Both the position numbers and the translations under genes were made by a program. Source: Pseudobdellovibrionaceae bacterium (GTDB lineage: Bacteria > Bdellovibrionota > Bdellovibrionia > Bdellovibrionales > Bdellovibrionaceae). From it: 23,321 bases of DNA. The notes beneath the pieces are model-generated. The model ran no database searches and was not told the origin of the DNA. It was given only the letters and a program-made list of their open reading frames with translations. Numbering within the stretch: the first letter of the stretch is position 1; every line of letters begins with the position of its first letter. Of the stretch, positions 1 through 7,963 are shown in pieces. The stretch lies in NCBI GenBank assembly GCA_039810425.1, contig JBDHWW010000043.1, positions 1-23,321 on the forward strand, read 5' to 3'.

Positions 1-200
1 GACACATGGATACACGGCGCCTATTCAAATATAGCAGCCTGGCATGAAACCTACCCACAGCTAAAACCCGAGAGGCGCCTTCTTGTGACTGCCAAAAGCG
101 GCACTGTCAAAAACGTGAACATCCTCAAAACCGATATATTTGCCAAAACCCCTCCGAAGGGCTGGCACCGCCATTGCTCTATAGATAAGTACCCCCCCAT

Positions 201-240
201 GGCGACTAGGCCCTCCCCCCCCACCTGGTCGCCTTTTTTT
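201..240 (+). terminator. Intrinsic terminator-like hairpin with a C-rich loop
   Basis: GGCGACTAGG (201-210) pairs with CCTGGTCGCC (224-233) with one G-U pair. The 13-nt loop is almost all C, and T7 follows at 234-240. Confidence 0.7.
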
Positions 241-316
241 ATTCCCCCACACAAAATACCCAAACCTAGAGCGAGTCCAAATAGAGCGCGAGTGCAAAAA
301 CGATTACACTTTTCCT

Positions 317-1084
317 ATGCATACGTTCCGTCACCGCTTCCTTTTTATTGCTGCCCTGTCGGTCCTTCCCATGAATGCCCGGGCCCTGCAGGTCATGATT
401 GACCCTGGCCATGGTGGAGTGGATTCAGGGACGTATCATTCTGGAATTCAGGAAAAGGATTTAGTGCTGAAAGTCGCAGGCTATTTAAAAACTCTGCTCG
501 CGGACAACCCGCAATTCAGTGTGCGGATGACGCGAGAAAAGGATCAGCACCTGTCCTTGCCCGAACGGGTAAAAAAGGCCGAGACGAACCAAGCAGATCT
601 GTTCATTAGCCTGCATGCGAACTCGAATCCCGACCGCCGCGTGAAGGGCACGGAGCTGTATTTCCAAAATTCGCTGCCGCCGGATGAAGAGAGCTTGATG
701 CTCGCGGACCAAGAAAATCAGACCGAGAAACCGGGAGCCGACGGCAAGGAGCACGTTGCCACGGAGGCCCCTTCTAAAAAGGGTGATATTATGGCAATCG
801 TGGAGGACCTGCATCGCCAGTATCGCGCAAAGAGCAGCTTGAAAATGACCCAACTCTTGTCAACCGATTGGCCTCACTCCGCGATCCGCCAGGCCCCATT
901 TTATGTAGTTTCAAAAACCACCATGCCGTCCGTGCTTGTGGAAGTGGGTTTCTTGAGCCATCCCGAAGAATCCCAGAAGCTAAACACCGCGAAGTACCAA
1001 CAGGAAATTGCCCAGAAAATCTACAAAGCCGTTCTTCAATACAAAGAAATGATGGACAAAATTGAGGGCCAAGCACTAGAGTAG
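317..1084 (+). CDS. N-acetylmuramoyl-L-alanine amidase (Amidase_3, AmiA/AmiC-like), exported
   Basis: N-terminal signal peptide ending in ARA. Zn-amidase motifs IDPGHGG-D-G, EKDLVL, SLHAN and LVEVGFLS. No AMIN or LysM domain. Confidence 0.92.
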   Translation: MHTFRHRFLFIAALSVLPMNARALQVMIDPGHGGVDSGTYHSGIQEKDLVLKVAGYLKTLLADNPQFSVRMTREKDQHLSLPERVKKAETNQADLFISLHANSNPDRRVKGTELYFQNSLPPDEESLMLADQENQTEKPGADGKEHVATEAPSKKGDIMAIVEDLHRQYRAKSSLKMTQLLSTDWPHSAIRQAPFYVVSKTTMPSVLVEVGFLSHPEESQKLNTAKYQQEIAQKIYKAVLQYKEMMDKIEGQALE

Positions 1085-1108
1085 GCCTTTCTTTTCAAAG
1101 GATGTCTC

Positions 1109-1849
1109 ATGCGCGCTCACGGCCGTTTGCCCCATCATTTACGCACAGTAAAAATCACGCCCCACGTCTCTGAATACGCCGAAGGTTCCGCCTTGGTGGA
1201 GTTCGGAAGAACCCGCGTTCTCTGCACCGCAAGCTACGAAGCAAAAGCTCCGCAATGGCTGCTCGGTTCTGGCGAAGGTTGGATCACGGCGGAGTACGGC
1301 ATGTTGCCACGCTCAACCCACCAACGCATGAAGCGTGATAAAACTTTGAACGGTGGGCGTACGCAAGAGATTTCACGTCTAATCGGCCGCTCCTTGCGCG
1401 CGGCCGTGGATTTGAAGCTCATGGGTGAAAAACAAATCACTATCGACTGCGACGTGATCAACGCTGACGGAGGCACCCGCACGGCTTCTGTGACCGGTGG
1501 ATTCGTGGCGCTGGCGCTAGCACTTAAAAAGCTGCACGGTCTCAGCGAAATCAAAAACATGCCCCTGATCAATTACGTCGCGGCGATCAGCGTTGGCATT
1601 CAAGGCAGCAATATCTTGTTGGATCTCGATTATGACGAGGACTCCGTCATCGGTACGGATATGAATTTTGTAATGACCGACAAAGGCCACTTTGTCGAAG
1701 TTCAGGGAACCGCCGAAGACGTGCCGTTCACTCGCGAACAATTGAACTCGATGATGGATGTCGCCCAGAAAGGTTGCTTCGAGCTTTTCAAAGCCCAGGA
1801 AGAAATCGTGGGTCCGATTTTTAAACGCACTCAAATCAGCGGAGTATAA
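1109..1849 (+). CDS. rph: Ribonuclease PH
   Basis: AEGSALVEFG-TRVLCTAS, GWITAEYGMLPRST, GRTQEISRLIGRSLRA, ADGGTRTAS and EVQGTAE motifs. Adjacent to rdgB, as is typical. Confidence 0.98.
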   Translation: MRAHGRLPHHLRTVKITPHVSEYAEGSALVEFGRTRVLCTASYEAKAPQWLLGSGEGWITAEYGMLPRSTHQRMKRDKTLNGGRTQEISRLIGRSLRAAVDLKLMGEKQITIDCDVINADGGTRTASVTGGFVALALALKKLHGLSEIKNMPLINYVAAISVGIQGSNILLDLDYDEDSVIGTDMNFVMTDKGHFVEVQGTAEDVPFTREQLNSMMDVAQKGCFELFKAQEEIVGPIFKRTQISGV

Positions 1850-1853
1850 TTCC

Positions 1854-2444
1854 ATGGAATTGTGGATCGCGACTGGTAACAAAGGCAAGGTCACGGAATA
1901 CAAACTCGGCCTGAAAGAACTCGCGGATTTAAAAATATTCACTCAGGCCGACATTCCTTCATTCACTCCCCGCCCTGAAGATGGCAAGACGTTCCTCGAG
2001 AATGCCCAAGTCAAAGCGCGCACTCTCAAAGCCGTGAAGCCCGGCGTGTGGGTTTTAGGCGAAGACTCCGGCCTTGAAGTCGAAGGACTTAACAATCTTC
2101 CGGGGATTCACTCGGCACGCTATGCGGGTCCAAAAGCTTCTGATAGTGAAAATATCGCGAAACTTTTGAAGATGATGACGATTCGTCCGATGGCGAATCG
2201 TCATGCAAGGTTTGTTTGCTGGACGGTGGTCTTTGCCCCAGACGGTGCTGAATGGCATTTCGAAGGAGTGTTGAAGGGCAGAATCTCCCAAAAGCCCGTG
2301 GGCCAGCTGGGCTTTGGTTACGATCCAGTTTTCATTCCGGAAGGCCAAACACAAACTCTCGCCGAGTTAGGCCCGGGGTATAAAAACCAACACTCACACA
2401 GGGCACAAGCTCTGAAAGCTTTTCTGAAAAAGCTAAAAGCCTAG
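1854..2444 (+). CDS. rdgB: Non-canonical purine NTP pyrophosphatase (XTP/dITP diphosphatase, Ham1 family)
   Basis: ATGNKGK, EDSGLEV, PGIHSARYAG, GFGYDPVF and KNQHSHRAQA motifs. Start moved from 1758 to ATG 1854, which follows GGAG at 1841-1844 and the rph stop. Confidence 0.96.
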   Translation: MELWIATGNKGKVTEYKLGLKELADLKIFTQADIPSFTPRPEDGKTFLENAQVKARTLKAVKPGVWVLGEDSGLEVEGLNNLPGIHSARYAGPKASDSENIAKLLKMMTIRPMANRHARFVCWTVVFAPDGAEWHFEGVLKGRISQKPVGQLGFGYDPVFIPEGQTQTLAELGPGYKNQHSHRAQALKAFLKKLKA

Positions 2445-2503
2445 ATTCAAGAAAACCTCGAAGTAAACAGTGACTTCGTTCGGTGGTCCGATAACCTTCT
2501 CGT

Positions 2504-3256
2504 ATGAGACTATTTCCGGCTCTTATACTCATGTTGGTTGCATCTCTGTCATGGGGGAAGGAAGACCCCACTGATAAACTTTACTTCGGCATCAACATCA
2601 ACTACTCGATGCCGCTGGTTGAGGTTCAAAATCCCCTGCATAAACCTGAGGTGGAGCACGGCCTCCTAAAAGATCTTGGCGAAGCTCTCGCGGCGGAACT
2701 CAAACTTAAAACGACATGGATCTTGCTCCCAAAAAATCGCGTGGCTCCGAGTTTGCTTTCTGGCGACATCGATATCATTTGCCACATTCACGAAATCTGG
2801 CTGCCCGCAACTCACAACGATGTCCAGTGGACGTCTGAACTCTTTCCTAGCGTCAACGTGATCGTATCAACCGACAAAAAACCGATTCAAAAAATGAAAG
2901 ATCTCCACGGCGCACGCGTCGGCACCATCGTCAACTTCGTCTATCATGATTTAGAACCTGAATTTAAAAGCGGTGAAATCACGCGCGAGGACGGCACCAA
3001 CAACCAAAGCAATATTCAGAAACTCATTCACGGCCGACTGAACTACGTCGTGATGTCCGAGATCGAGTACGGCTACTTCAACCATATATATCCGATTCTG
3101 AAAGAGTCCGATTTGCGCATGGATCGCGTTCGCACTAAATGTGCCGTTTCCAAAAAATCCAAGCTCTCTCTTTCGCAGGTCAATCGCGCGATTGAGAACA
3201 TCAAAAAAAACGGAACTTACCAAAAAATCCTCAAAAGCTACACGGACCTTCGCTGA
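2504..3256 (+). CDS. Periplasmic substrate-binding protein, family 3-like (orphan)
   Basis: Signal peptide, plus P-x-R-x4-L-x-x-G-x-x-D, DLHGARVGT, KLIHGRLNY and a C-terminal IKKNGTYQKILKSY pattern typical of SBP_bac_3. No permease genes adjacent. Confidence 0.8.
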   Translation: MRLFPALILMLVASLSWGKEDPTDKLYFGININYSMPLVEVQNPLHKPEVEHGLLKDLGEALAAELKLKTTWILLPKNRVAPSLLSGDIDIICHIHEIWLPATHNDVQWTSELFPSVNVIVSTDKKPIQKMKDLHGARVGTIVNFVYHDLEPEFKSGEITREDGTNNQSNIQKLIHGRLNYVVMSEIEYGYFNHIYPILKESDLRMDRVRTKCAVSKKSKLSLSQVNRAIENIKKNGTYQKILKSYTDLR

Positions 3257-3362
3257 GCTTAATGGTGGCACCACTGAAATGGCGCTGGAGGCCATCACGG
3301 GCCGGTGGGTGCGGTTTCGGGGCCCAACGACGCGTAAAAAATCGGCATTTCACTCCGAAAAG

Positions 3363-3391
3363 TGGACAAAGTCCAGCCCCCTTGTTAGCCT
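3363..3391 (+). promoter_or_regulatory. Putative sigma70 promoter of the prs-rplY unit
   Basis: TGGACA (3363-3368), a 17-bp spacer, then TAGCCT (3386-3391) with an extended -10 TG at 3383-3384. About 65 bp upstream of prs. Confidence 0.5.
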
Positions 3392-3454
3392 CCCGGGGGC
3401 GCACCTGAAGGTGCTATCTCTGCAAACCGCGCTTTTTAACTCAGGAGACTACGA

Positions 3455-4402
3455 GTGATGAAGGGCCTTAAGATCTTTTCGGGAAACTCCCATCCCCAAC
3501 TAGCCAAGAGAGTGGCCGAAGCTGCAGGCGTTGAACTTGGATATTCCCAGGTCAGTGCGTTTGCCGACGGCGAAGTTCAAATCGAAATCCATGAAAGCGT
3601 CCGCGGCCAGAACGTGTTTATCGTTCAAAGCACCTGCCCGCCTGTAAACCAAAGCTATATGGAACTTTTTATCATGGTGGATGCGCTGAAACGGGCCTCT
3701 GCCGCACAGATCACGGCGGTGATCCCTTATTTCGGATACGCCCGCCAAGACCGCAAGGTGGCTCCCCGGGCTCCGATCTCCGCCAAATTGATGGCGGATT
3801 TGCTGACCACGGCCGGCGTCAACCGCGTGGTTTCCGTGGACCTCCATGCCACGCAGATTCAGGGCTTCTTTAACAGCCCCGTCGACCATCTCTTTGCCAT
3901 TCCGACTCTTGCCCGTGCTTGGCGTGAGCAGTTGGGGACCGGCTCCGAGTTTGTCGCGGTGAGTCCTGATGCTGGAGGGGTCGAAAGGGCCCGCGCCTTT
4001 GCAAAACGAATTGAAAGCTCTTTAGCCATTATCGATAAACGCCGTTCCGGTCCGAACGAGGCAAAAGCTTTGCACCTTATCGGGGACGTTTCGGGTAAAA
4101 CAGCCGTGATTATTGATGACATGATCGATACGGCTGGAACCCTTACACAAGGGGTTGACAGCCTTATTAAGAATGGGGCAAAACGTGTCTTCGCCGTTGC
4201 AACGCATCCGGTATTATCGGGACCAGCGATCGCCCGATTGAAAGAAAGCCCTATCGAAAAGGTTTGGGTGACAGACACGATTCCGCTGTCTGACGCCGCC
4301 AAAGCTTGTGGCAAGTTTGAAGTCGTCTCCGTAGCACCTTTGCTCGCGGAAGCCATCAAGCGTATCCACGGCAACGATTCGGTGAGTTCGCTGTTCGACT
4401 AG
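3455..4402 (+). CDS. prs: Ribose-phosphate pyrophosphokinase
   Basis: FADGE, ESVRG, PYFGYARQDRK, VSPDAGGVERAR and DDMIDTAGTL motifs. SD AGGAG at 3443-3447. Start is GTG 3455 or ATG 3458. Confidence 0.98.
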   Translation: MMKGLKIFSGNSHPQLAKRVAEAAGVELGYSQVSAFADGEVQIEIHESVRGQNVFIVQSTCPPVNQSYMELFIMVDALKRASAAQITAVIPYFGYARQDRKVAPRAPISAKLMADLLTTAGVNRVVSVDLHATQIQGFFNSPVDHLFAIPTLARAWREQLGTGSEFVAVSPDAGGVERARAFAKRIESSLAIIDKRRSGPNEAKALHLIGDVSGKTAVIIDDMIDTAGTLTQGVDSLIKNGAKRVFAVATHPVLSGPAIARLKESPIEKVWVTDTIPLSDAAKACGKFEVVSVAPLLAEAIKRIHGNDSVSSLFD

Positions 4403-4442
4403 GAACGCCCCGGGCGTTGCTGTCTTTGATTTAGTAACAAGT

Positions 4443-4468
4443 GACCAGTATCCAAACGGAGATGGGTC
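4443..4468 (+). promoter_or_regulatory. Candidate L25 autoregulatory leader hairpin (5S rRNA loop E mimic)
   Basis: GACC-AGUA-UCC-AAAC-GGA-GAUG-GGUC: two Watson-Crick helices flank a 4x4 AGUA/GAUG internal loop, 18 nt before the rplY start. Confidence 0.55.
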
Positions 4469-4486
4469 TAACAGAAGGAAGATGAA

Positions 4487-5164
4487 ATGAAACAAAGAAT
4501 TGAACTCACTATGGAAGCTCGCGAGACTGGTAAACACAATAGCCGCGCACTTCGTAATGCTGCTAAAGTTCCAGGCGTGATCTATGGCGCCGTTGAGAAC
4601 ACAAATGTGTTCGTCGATGTTCGTGATATTTTGAAGTACAACACACGCGCTTACGAAAATGCTCTTTTCAACATAAAAAGCTCTATCAACAAAGCAAATG
4701 GTAAAGTGGTTTTGATCAAGTCCGTTGACGTTCACCCACTCACTCGCCGTCCGGTCCACGTTGATTTTTTCGCTCTTGATATGACTAAAACGGTCCGCGT
4801 ACACGTTGAAGTTCGTCTTGAAGGTAAACCAATCGGTTTGTCTGAGGGCGGTTTGTTAAACGTTGTTCAACGTCAAGTTGAGATCGAATGTTTGCCAACC
4901 GATATCCCGGAATTCTTCACTGCAGACGTTTCTAACTTGGGCGTGGGCGATGCTCTTCACGTGTCTGACTTGAACGTAGGGAGTGTTAAAGTTATCTCCC
5001 GTCCAGAAGACACGATCGCGGTTGTTGCGGTTCAAGAAGAAGAAGTGGCGGCAACTCCAGCGGCGGCGACAGCAGCGGCTCCGGCAGCAGGTGCGGCGGC
5101 TCCAGCGGCAGCAGCCACTCCAGCAGCGGGCGCAGCAAAACCTGCAGCTCCAGCGAAAAAATAA
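4487..5164 (+). CDS. rplY: 50S ribosomal protein L25 / general stress protein Ctc (long form)
   Basis: R-LR-x3-VPGVIYG, HP-x5-HVDF and C-domain CLPTDIPE / GDALHVSDL motifs. Conserved prs-rplY-pth-ychF order. Confidence 0.97.
   Translation: MKQRIELTMEARETGKHNSRALRNAAKVPGVIYGAVENTNVFVDVRDILKYNTRAYENALFNIKSSINKANGKVVLIKSVDVHPLTRRPVHVDFFALDMTKTVRVHVEVRLEGKPIGLSEGGLLNVVQRQVEIECLPTDIPEFFTADVSNLGVGDALHVSDLNVGSVKVISRPEDTIAVVAVQEEEVAATPAAATAAAPAAGAAAPAAAATPAAGAAKPAAPAKK
5047..5160 (+). repeat. Low-complexity Ala/Pro-rich coding repeat (C-terminal tail of L25)
   Basis: Repeated GC(A/G/T) codons and CTCCAGCGGC-like units encode AATPAAATAAAPAAGAAAPAAAATPAAGAAKPAAPAKK. Confidence 0.8.
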
Positions 5165-5183
5165 TTGGTGTCTTAAACCAGCT

Positions 5184-5212
5184 AAAAAGCGGCTCACAAG
5201 GCCGCTTTTTTT
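5184..5212 (+). terminator. Intrinsic terminator after rplY (potentially bidirectional)
   Basis: AAAAAGCGGCT-CACAA-GGCCGCTTTTTTT: GC-rich stem with an A-tract on the left and a T-tract on the right. Confidence 0.88.
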
Positions 5213-5285
5213 GTTTGTGGCGTAGATAAGACTTTTGTAGAAGTAGTTGCTCGCTCGGACAAACCAGCTTTCGGAGACAATGCAT

Positions 5286-5849
5286 ATGTGGCTCATCGTC
5301 GGCCTTGGAAATCCTGGGAATCAATATGCCCTCACCCGGCATAATATCGGCTTTATGGGCGTGGATTATATGCTCAAAGGCTTGGGAAATCCCCCGCTGA
5401 AAAATCAATTCAAAGCCGAGATCTTTCAAACCAAAATCGGCGACCATCCAGTTATTTTTTGTAAACCTCAGACGTTTATGAATCTCTCGGGCGAATCGGT
5501 GCAGCCTCTGATGGGTTTTTATAAGATCGCCATGGATCACATCATCGTTATGCATGATGAAATTGATCAGCCGTTTGGACAAATGAAAATCCAGAAGAAC
5601 CGCGGGCACGGCGGGCATAACGGCATTAAAAGCATTTCCGGTTTATTGGGCTCCGCCGACTATATTCGCCTCCGTTTAGGCGTGGGGCGCCCCGAGAACC
5701 CTAATATCCCCGTGGCTGACTATGTATTGAATAAATTCACCCCAGACGAGTTCACGAAAATGCCGGATTTTCTCAATAAAGCGGGCGATGCGGTCGAAGG
5801 CATCCTCTATGACGGAATCCAAAAAGCTTCGACGAAGTTTAATTCTTAG
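5286..5849 (+). CDS. pth: Peptidyl-tRNA hydrolase
   Basis: LIVGLGNPG-x-Y-x-TRHNIGF, KPQTFMNLSG, HDEID, GGHNGIKS and RLRLGVGRP motifs. Start set at ATG 5286, 9 nt after GGAG at 5273-5276. Confidence 0.97.
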   Translation: MWLIVGLGNPGNQYALTRHNIGFMGVDYMLKGLGNPPLKNQFKAEIFQTKIGDHPVIFCKPQTFMNLSGESVQPLMGFYKIAMDHIIVMHDEIDQPFGQMKIQKNRGHGGHNGIKSISGLLGSADYIRLRLGVGRPENPNIPVADYVLNKFTPDEFTKMPDFLNKAGDAVEGILYDGIQKASTKFNS

Positions 5850-5887
5850 GGTAAGGTAGTTTTTCAAATTTGTAAGGAGAAGCGCGT

Positions 5888-6988
5888 ATGGCACTTCAGG
5901 TCGGAATCGTAGGTCTACCAAACGTCGGTAAAAGTACTTTGTTTAACGCCCTCACATCGGCAAAAGCCGAGGCGGCGAACTACCCGTTCTGTACAATCGA
6001 TCCAAACGTGGGTGTTGTGACCGTCCCGGATTCTCGCATGGATAAAATCGTTGGCTTCGTAAAACCTCAAAGCATCGTTCCCACAACGATGGAGTTCGTC
6101 GACATCGCTGGTATCGTAAAAGGGGCCAGCCAAGGTGAAGGTCTCGGCAATCAGTTCTTGAGCCACATCCGTTCAACAGACGCGATCGTTCACGTGGTTC
6201 GTTGCTTCGACGATCCAAATATCATCCACGTATCTGGCAGCGTTGATCCAGTTCGCGACATGGAAATAATCAACACGGAATTGATGCTTGCTGATTTGGA
6301 CTCTGCTGAAAAGCGCGTAAAACGCGTTGAGAAAACTGCAAAGACCGGCACGGATAAGAAAATCAAAATGGAATATGAAGTGGCACGCAAAGTAGTTGAA
6401 GCCCTTGGTAAGGGATTGCCGGCGCGCTCGGTCGCTATTGATGATCAAGAAGCTCCTTTCTTGAAAGAGATGCATTTGCTCACGGCGAAGCCACAATTGT
6501 ATGCGATGAACGTGTCTGACACAGACTTCGCGGCTGGCGGCAATGATTGGACCCGCGCTGTGGAAAAACGCGCTGCTGAAGAAGGTAACACGACGATCTT
6601 GATCTGTTCAGCCATGGAAGCTGAGATTGCCCAGTTGCCAAAAGAAGAGCGCAAGGACTTCTTGGAGGCTCTCGGTGCTGAAGAGCCCGGCTTGAATCGC
6701 CTGATCCGCGAAGCTTATAAGTTGTTGGGCCTCCAGACCTACTTCACGGCGGGTGAAAAAGAAGTGCGCGCATGGACCATCCGCGCCGGCACGAAAGCTC
6801 CGCAAGCAGCCGGCGTGATTCACACGGACTTTGAACGTGGCTTCATCAAAGCTGAAACTTATCACTGTGAAGATCTCTTCACTTTGAAGAGCGAGCAAGC
6901 AGTGAAAGACGCCGGCAAGTACCGTGTCGAAGGTAAAGAGTACGTCGTTAAAGACGGCGACATCTTGTTTTTCAAATTCAACGTTTAG
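5888..6988 (+). CDS. ychF: Redox-regulated ribosome-binding ATPase YchF
   Basis: GIVGLPNVGKSTLFNALT, ANYPFCTIDPN, DIAG, GEGLGNQFL and a TGS domain (EVRAWTI, IHTDFERGFI). SD AAGGAG. Confidence 0.98.
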   Translation: MALQVGIVGLPNVGKSTLFNALTSAKAEAANYPFCTIDPNVGVVTVPDSRMDKIVGFVKPQSIVPTTMEFVDIAGIVKGASQGEGLGNQFLSHIRSTDAIVHVVRCFDDPNIIHVSGSVDPVRDMEIINTELMLADLDSAEKRVKRVEKTAKTGTDKKIKMEYEVARKVVEALGKGLPARSVAIDDQEAPFLKEMHLLTAKPQLYAMNVSDTDFAAGGNDWTRAVEKRAAEEGNTTILICSAMEAEIAQLPKEERKDFLEALGAEEPGLNRLIREAYKLLGLQTYFTAGEKEVRAWTIRAGTKAPQAAGVIHTDFERGFIKAETYHCEDLFTLKSEQAVKDAGKYRVEGKEYVVKDGDILFFKFNV

Positions 6989-6994
6989 TTTCTT

Positions 6995-7066
6995 AAAAAA
7001 GCCCTGGGTTGTTACCCGTGCTATGATCCGCATCCTTTACTGAGACGCAGGTCATAGCAAGGCTTT
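6995..7066 (-). terminator. Complex multi-stem structure between convergent ychF and protease genes; terminator-like on the minus strand
   Basis: Outer stem AAAGCC (6998-7003)/GGCTTT (7061-7066), small hairpin GGGT-TGTT-ACCC (7006-7017) and a long arm at 7019-7059. On the minus strand it ends in a U6 tract. Confidence 0.5.
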
Positions 7067-7102
7067 GTTGTCGGTCTAGGCGATGTAACTTTTTATCCCT
7101 GA

Positions 7103-7864
7103 CTAATTTGCGTTCTGATTAATCCAAGCCACCGCATCGCTGACTTTGCTGTAAATGCCGGGCTTGTTCGCGCGGGCACAACCATCACCCCAACTCACAA
7201 CACCAATCAAGTAGACTTTGTGGTCATCCGCTGTGGCTACCAATGGGCCACCACTATCACCTTGGCAAGAATCTTTACCACCTTGAGCATAACCCGCGCA
7301 AAGCATACGGTCTGTGATAGCACCGCGGTAGTTCTTATTGCAGACAGCCTGTGGAACCAACGGCACTTCTACTTTTTGCAAACGAGCCGGCAAGGTTTGG
7401 TTCGTTTCTTTCGTGGCCCCCCAGCCCGCAACGGTTGCCATGATTTCCGGACCACTGGCCGGAACTGCGATATCAGCAGTGTTCAAATCAACTGGCTGAT
7501 AGCGGGAGTTTTGGCTGAGCTCAATCAACGCGTAATCGTAGTCTGTCGTTGATTCATTGTACTTTGGATGACGGATGATTCTTTTGGGCTTGATGCTCTC
7601 GGCATTGCGAGTGTCATCCAAGTTGTGTAAGCCGATAACCACTTTATCAACACCATCCGCAACGCAGTGACCGGCGGTCAAAACCCAATTCTGACGAATC
7701 AAAGAACCACCGCAAAAATGACCCATGCTATCTTGCAAAGAAACGATGAACGGAAACTCACCCATGGAGGCTTCAACGCCACCAACGATTTTAGTTTCTA
7801 ACTGACCTGCAAACGCGAGATTGGATGCAAAAAGCATCGTGACAATACTGACATAAATTTTCAT
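7103..7864 (-). CDS. Secreted trypsin-like serine protease (family S1A)
   Basis: Signal peptide ending in AFA, activation site K-IVGG, triad motifs LTAGHC, DYAL and GDSGGP. Asp in DSCQGDSGGP indicates trypsin-type S1 specificity. Confidence 0.96.
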   Translation of the reverse strand: MKIYVSIVTMLFASNLAFAGQLETKIVGGVEASMGEFPFIVSLQDSMGHFCGGSLIRQNWVLTAGHCVADGVDKVVIGLHNLDDTRNAESIKPKRIIRHPKYNESTTDYDYALIELSQNSRYQPVDLNTADIAVPASGPEIMATVAGWGATKETNQTLPARLQKVEVPLVPQAVCNKNYRGAITDRMLCAGYAQGGKDSCQGDSGGPLVATADDHKVYLIGVVSWGDGCARANKPGIYSKVSDAVAWINQNAN

Positions 7865-7963
7865 AGAAAATCCCCCCGAGAAACAGCTTTCTAAAGTCTG
7901 GGAGGTTGCTCAATTCTTTTGCAAATTTCTATACAAAGGTCGGGCGGAAGAGTGGTGTCGTTT

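Noticed and set aside
1..402. Frame +1 ORF open from the window start (track 85..402)
   Set aside because: It runs through a terminator hairpin and poly-C tracts and overlaps the amidase start. No recognisable motif, so it cannot be supported without upstream sequence.
2459..2494. Sigma28-like -10 box TCCGATAA upstream of the solute-binding protein gene
   Set aside because: The nearest TAAA is 19 nt upstream rather than the expected ~15, which is insufficient support.
3257..3454. tRNA-Gln, which often precedes prs
   Set aside because: No GTTCGA T-loop or cloverleaf is present; there are only GC-rich weak stems and a promoter-like sequence.
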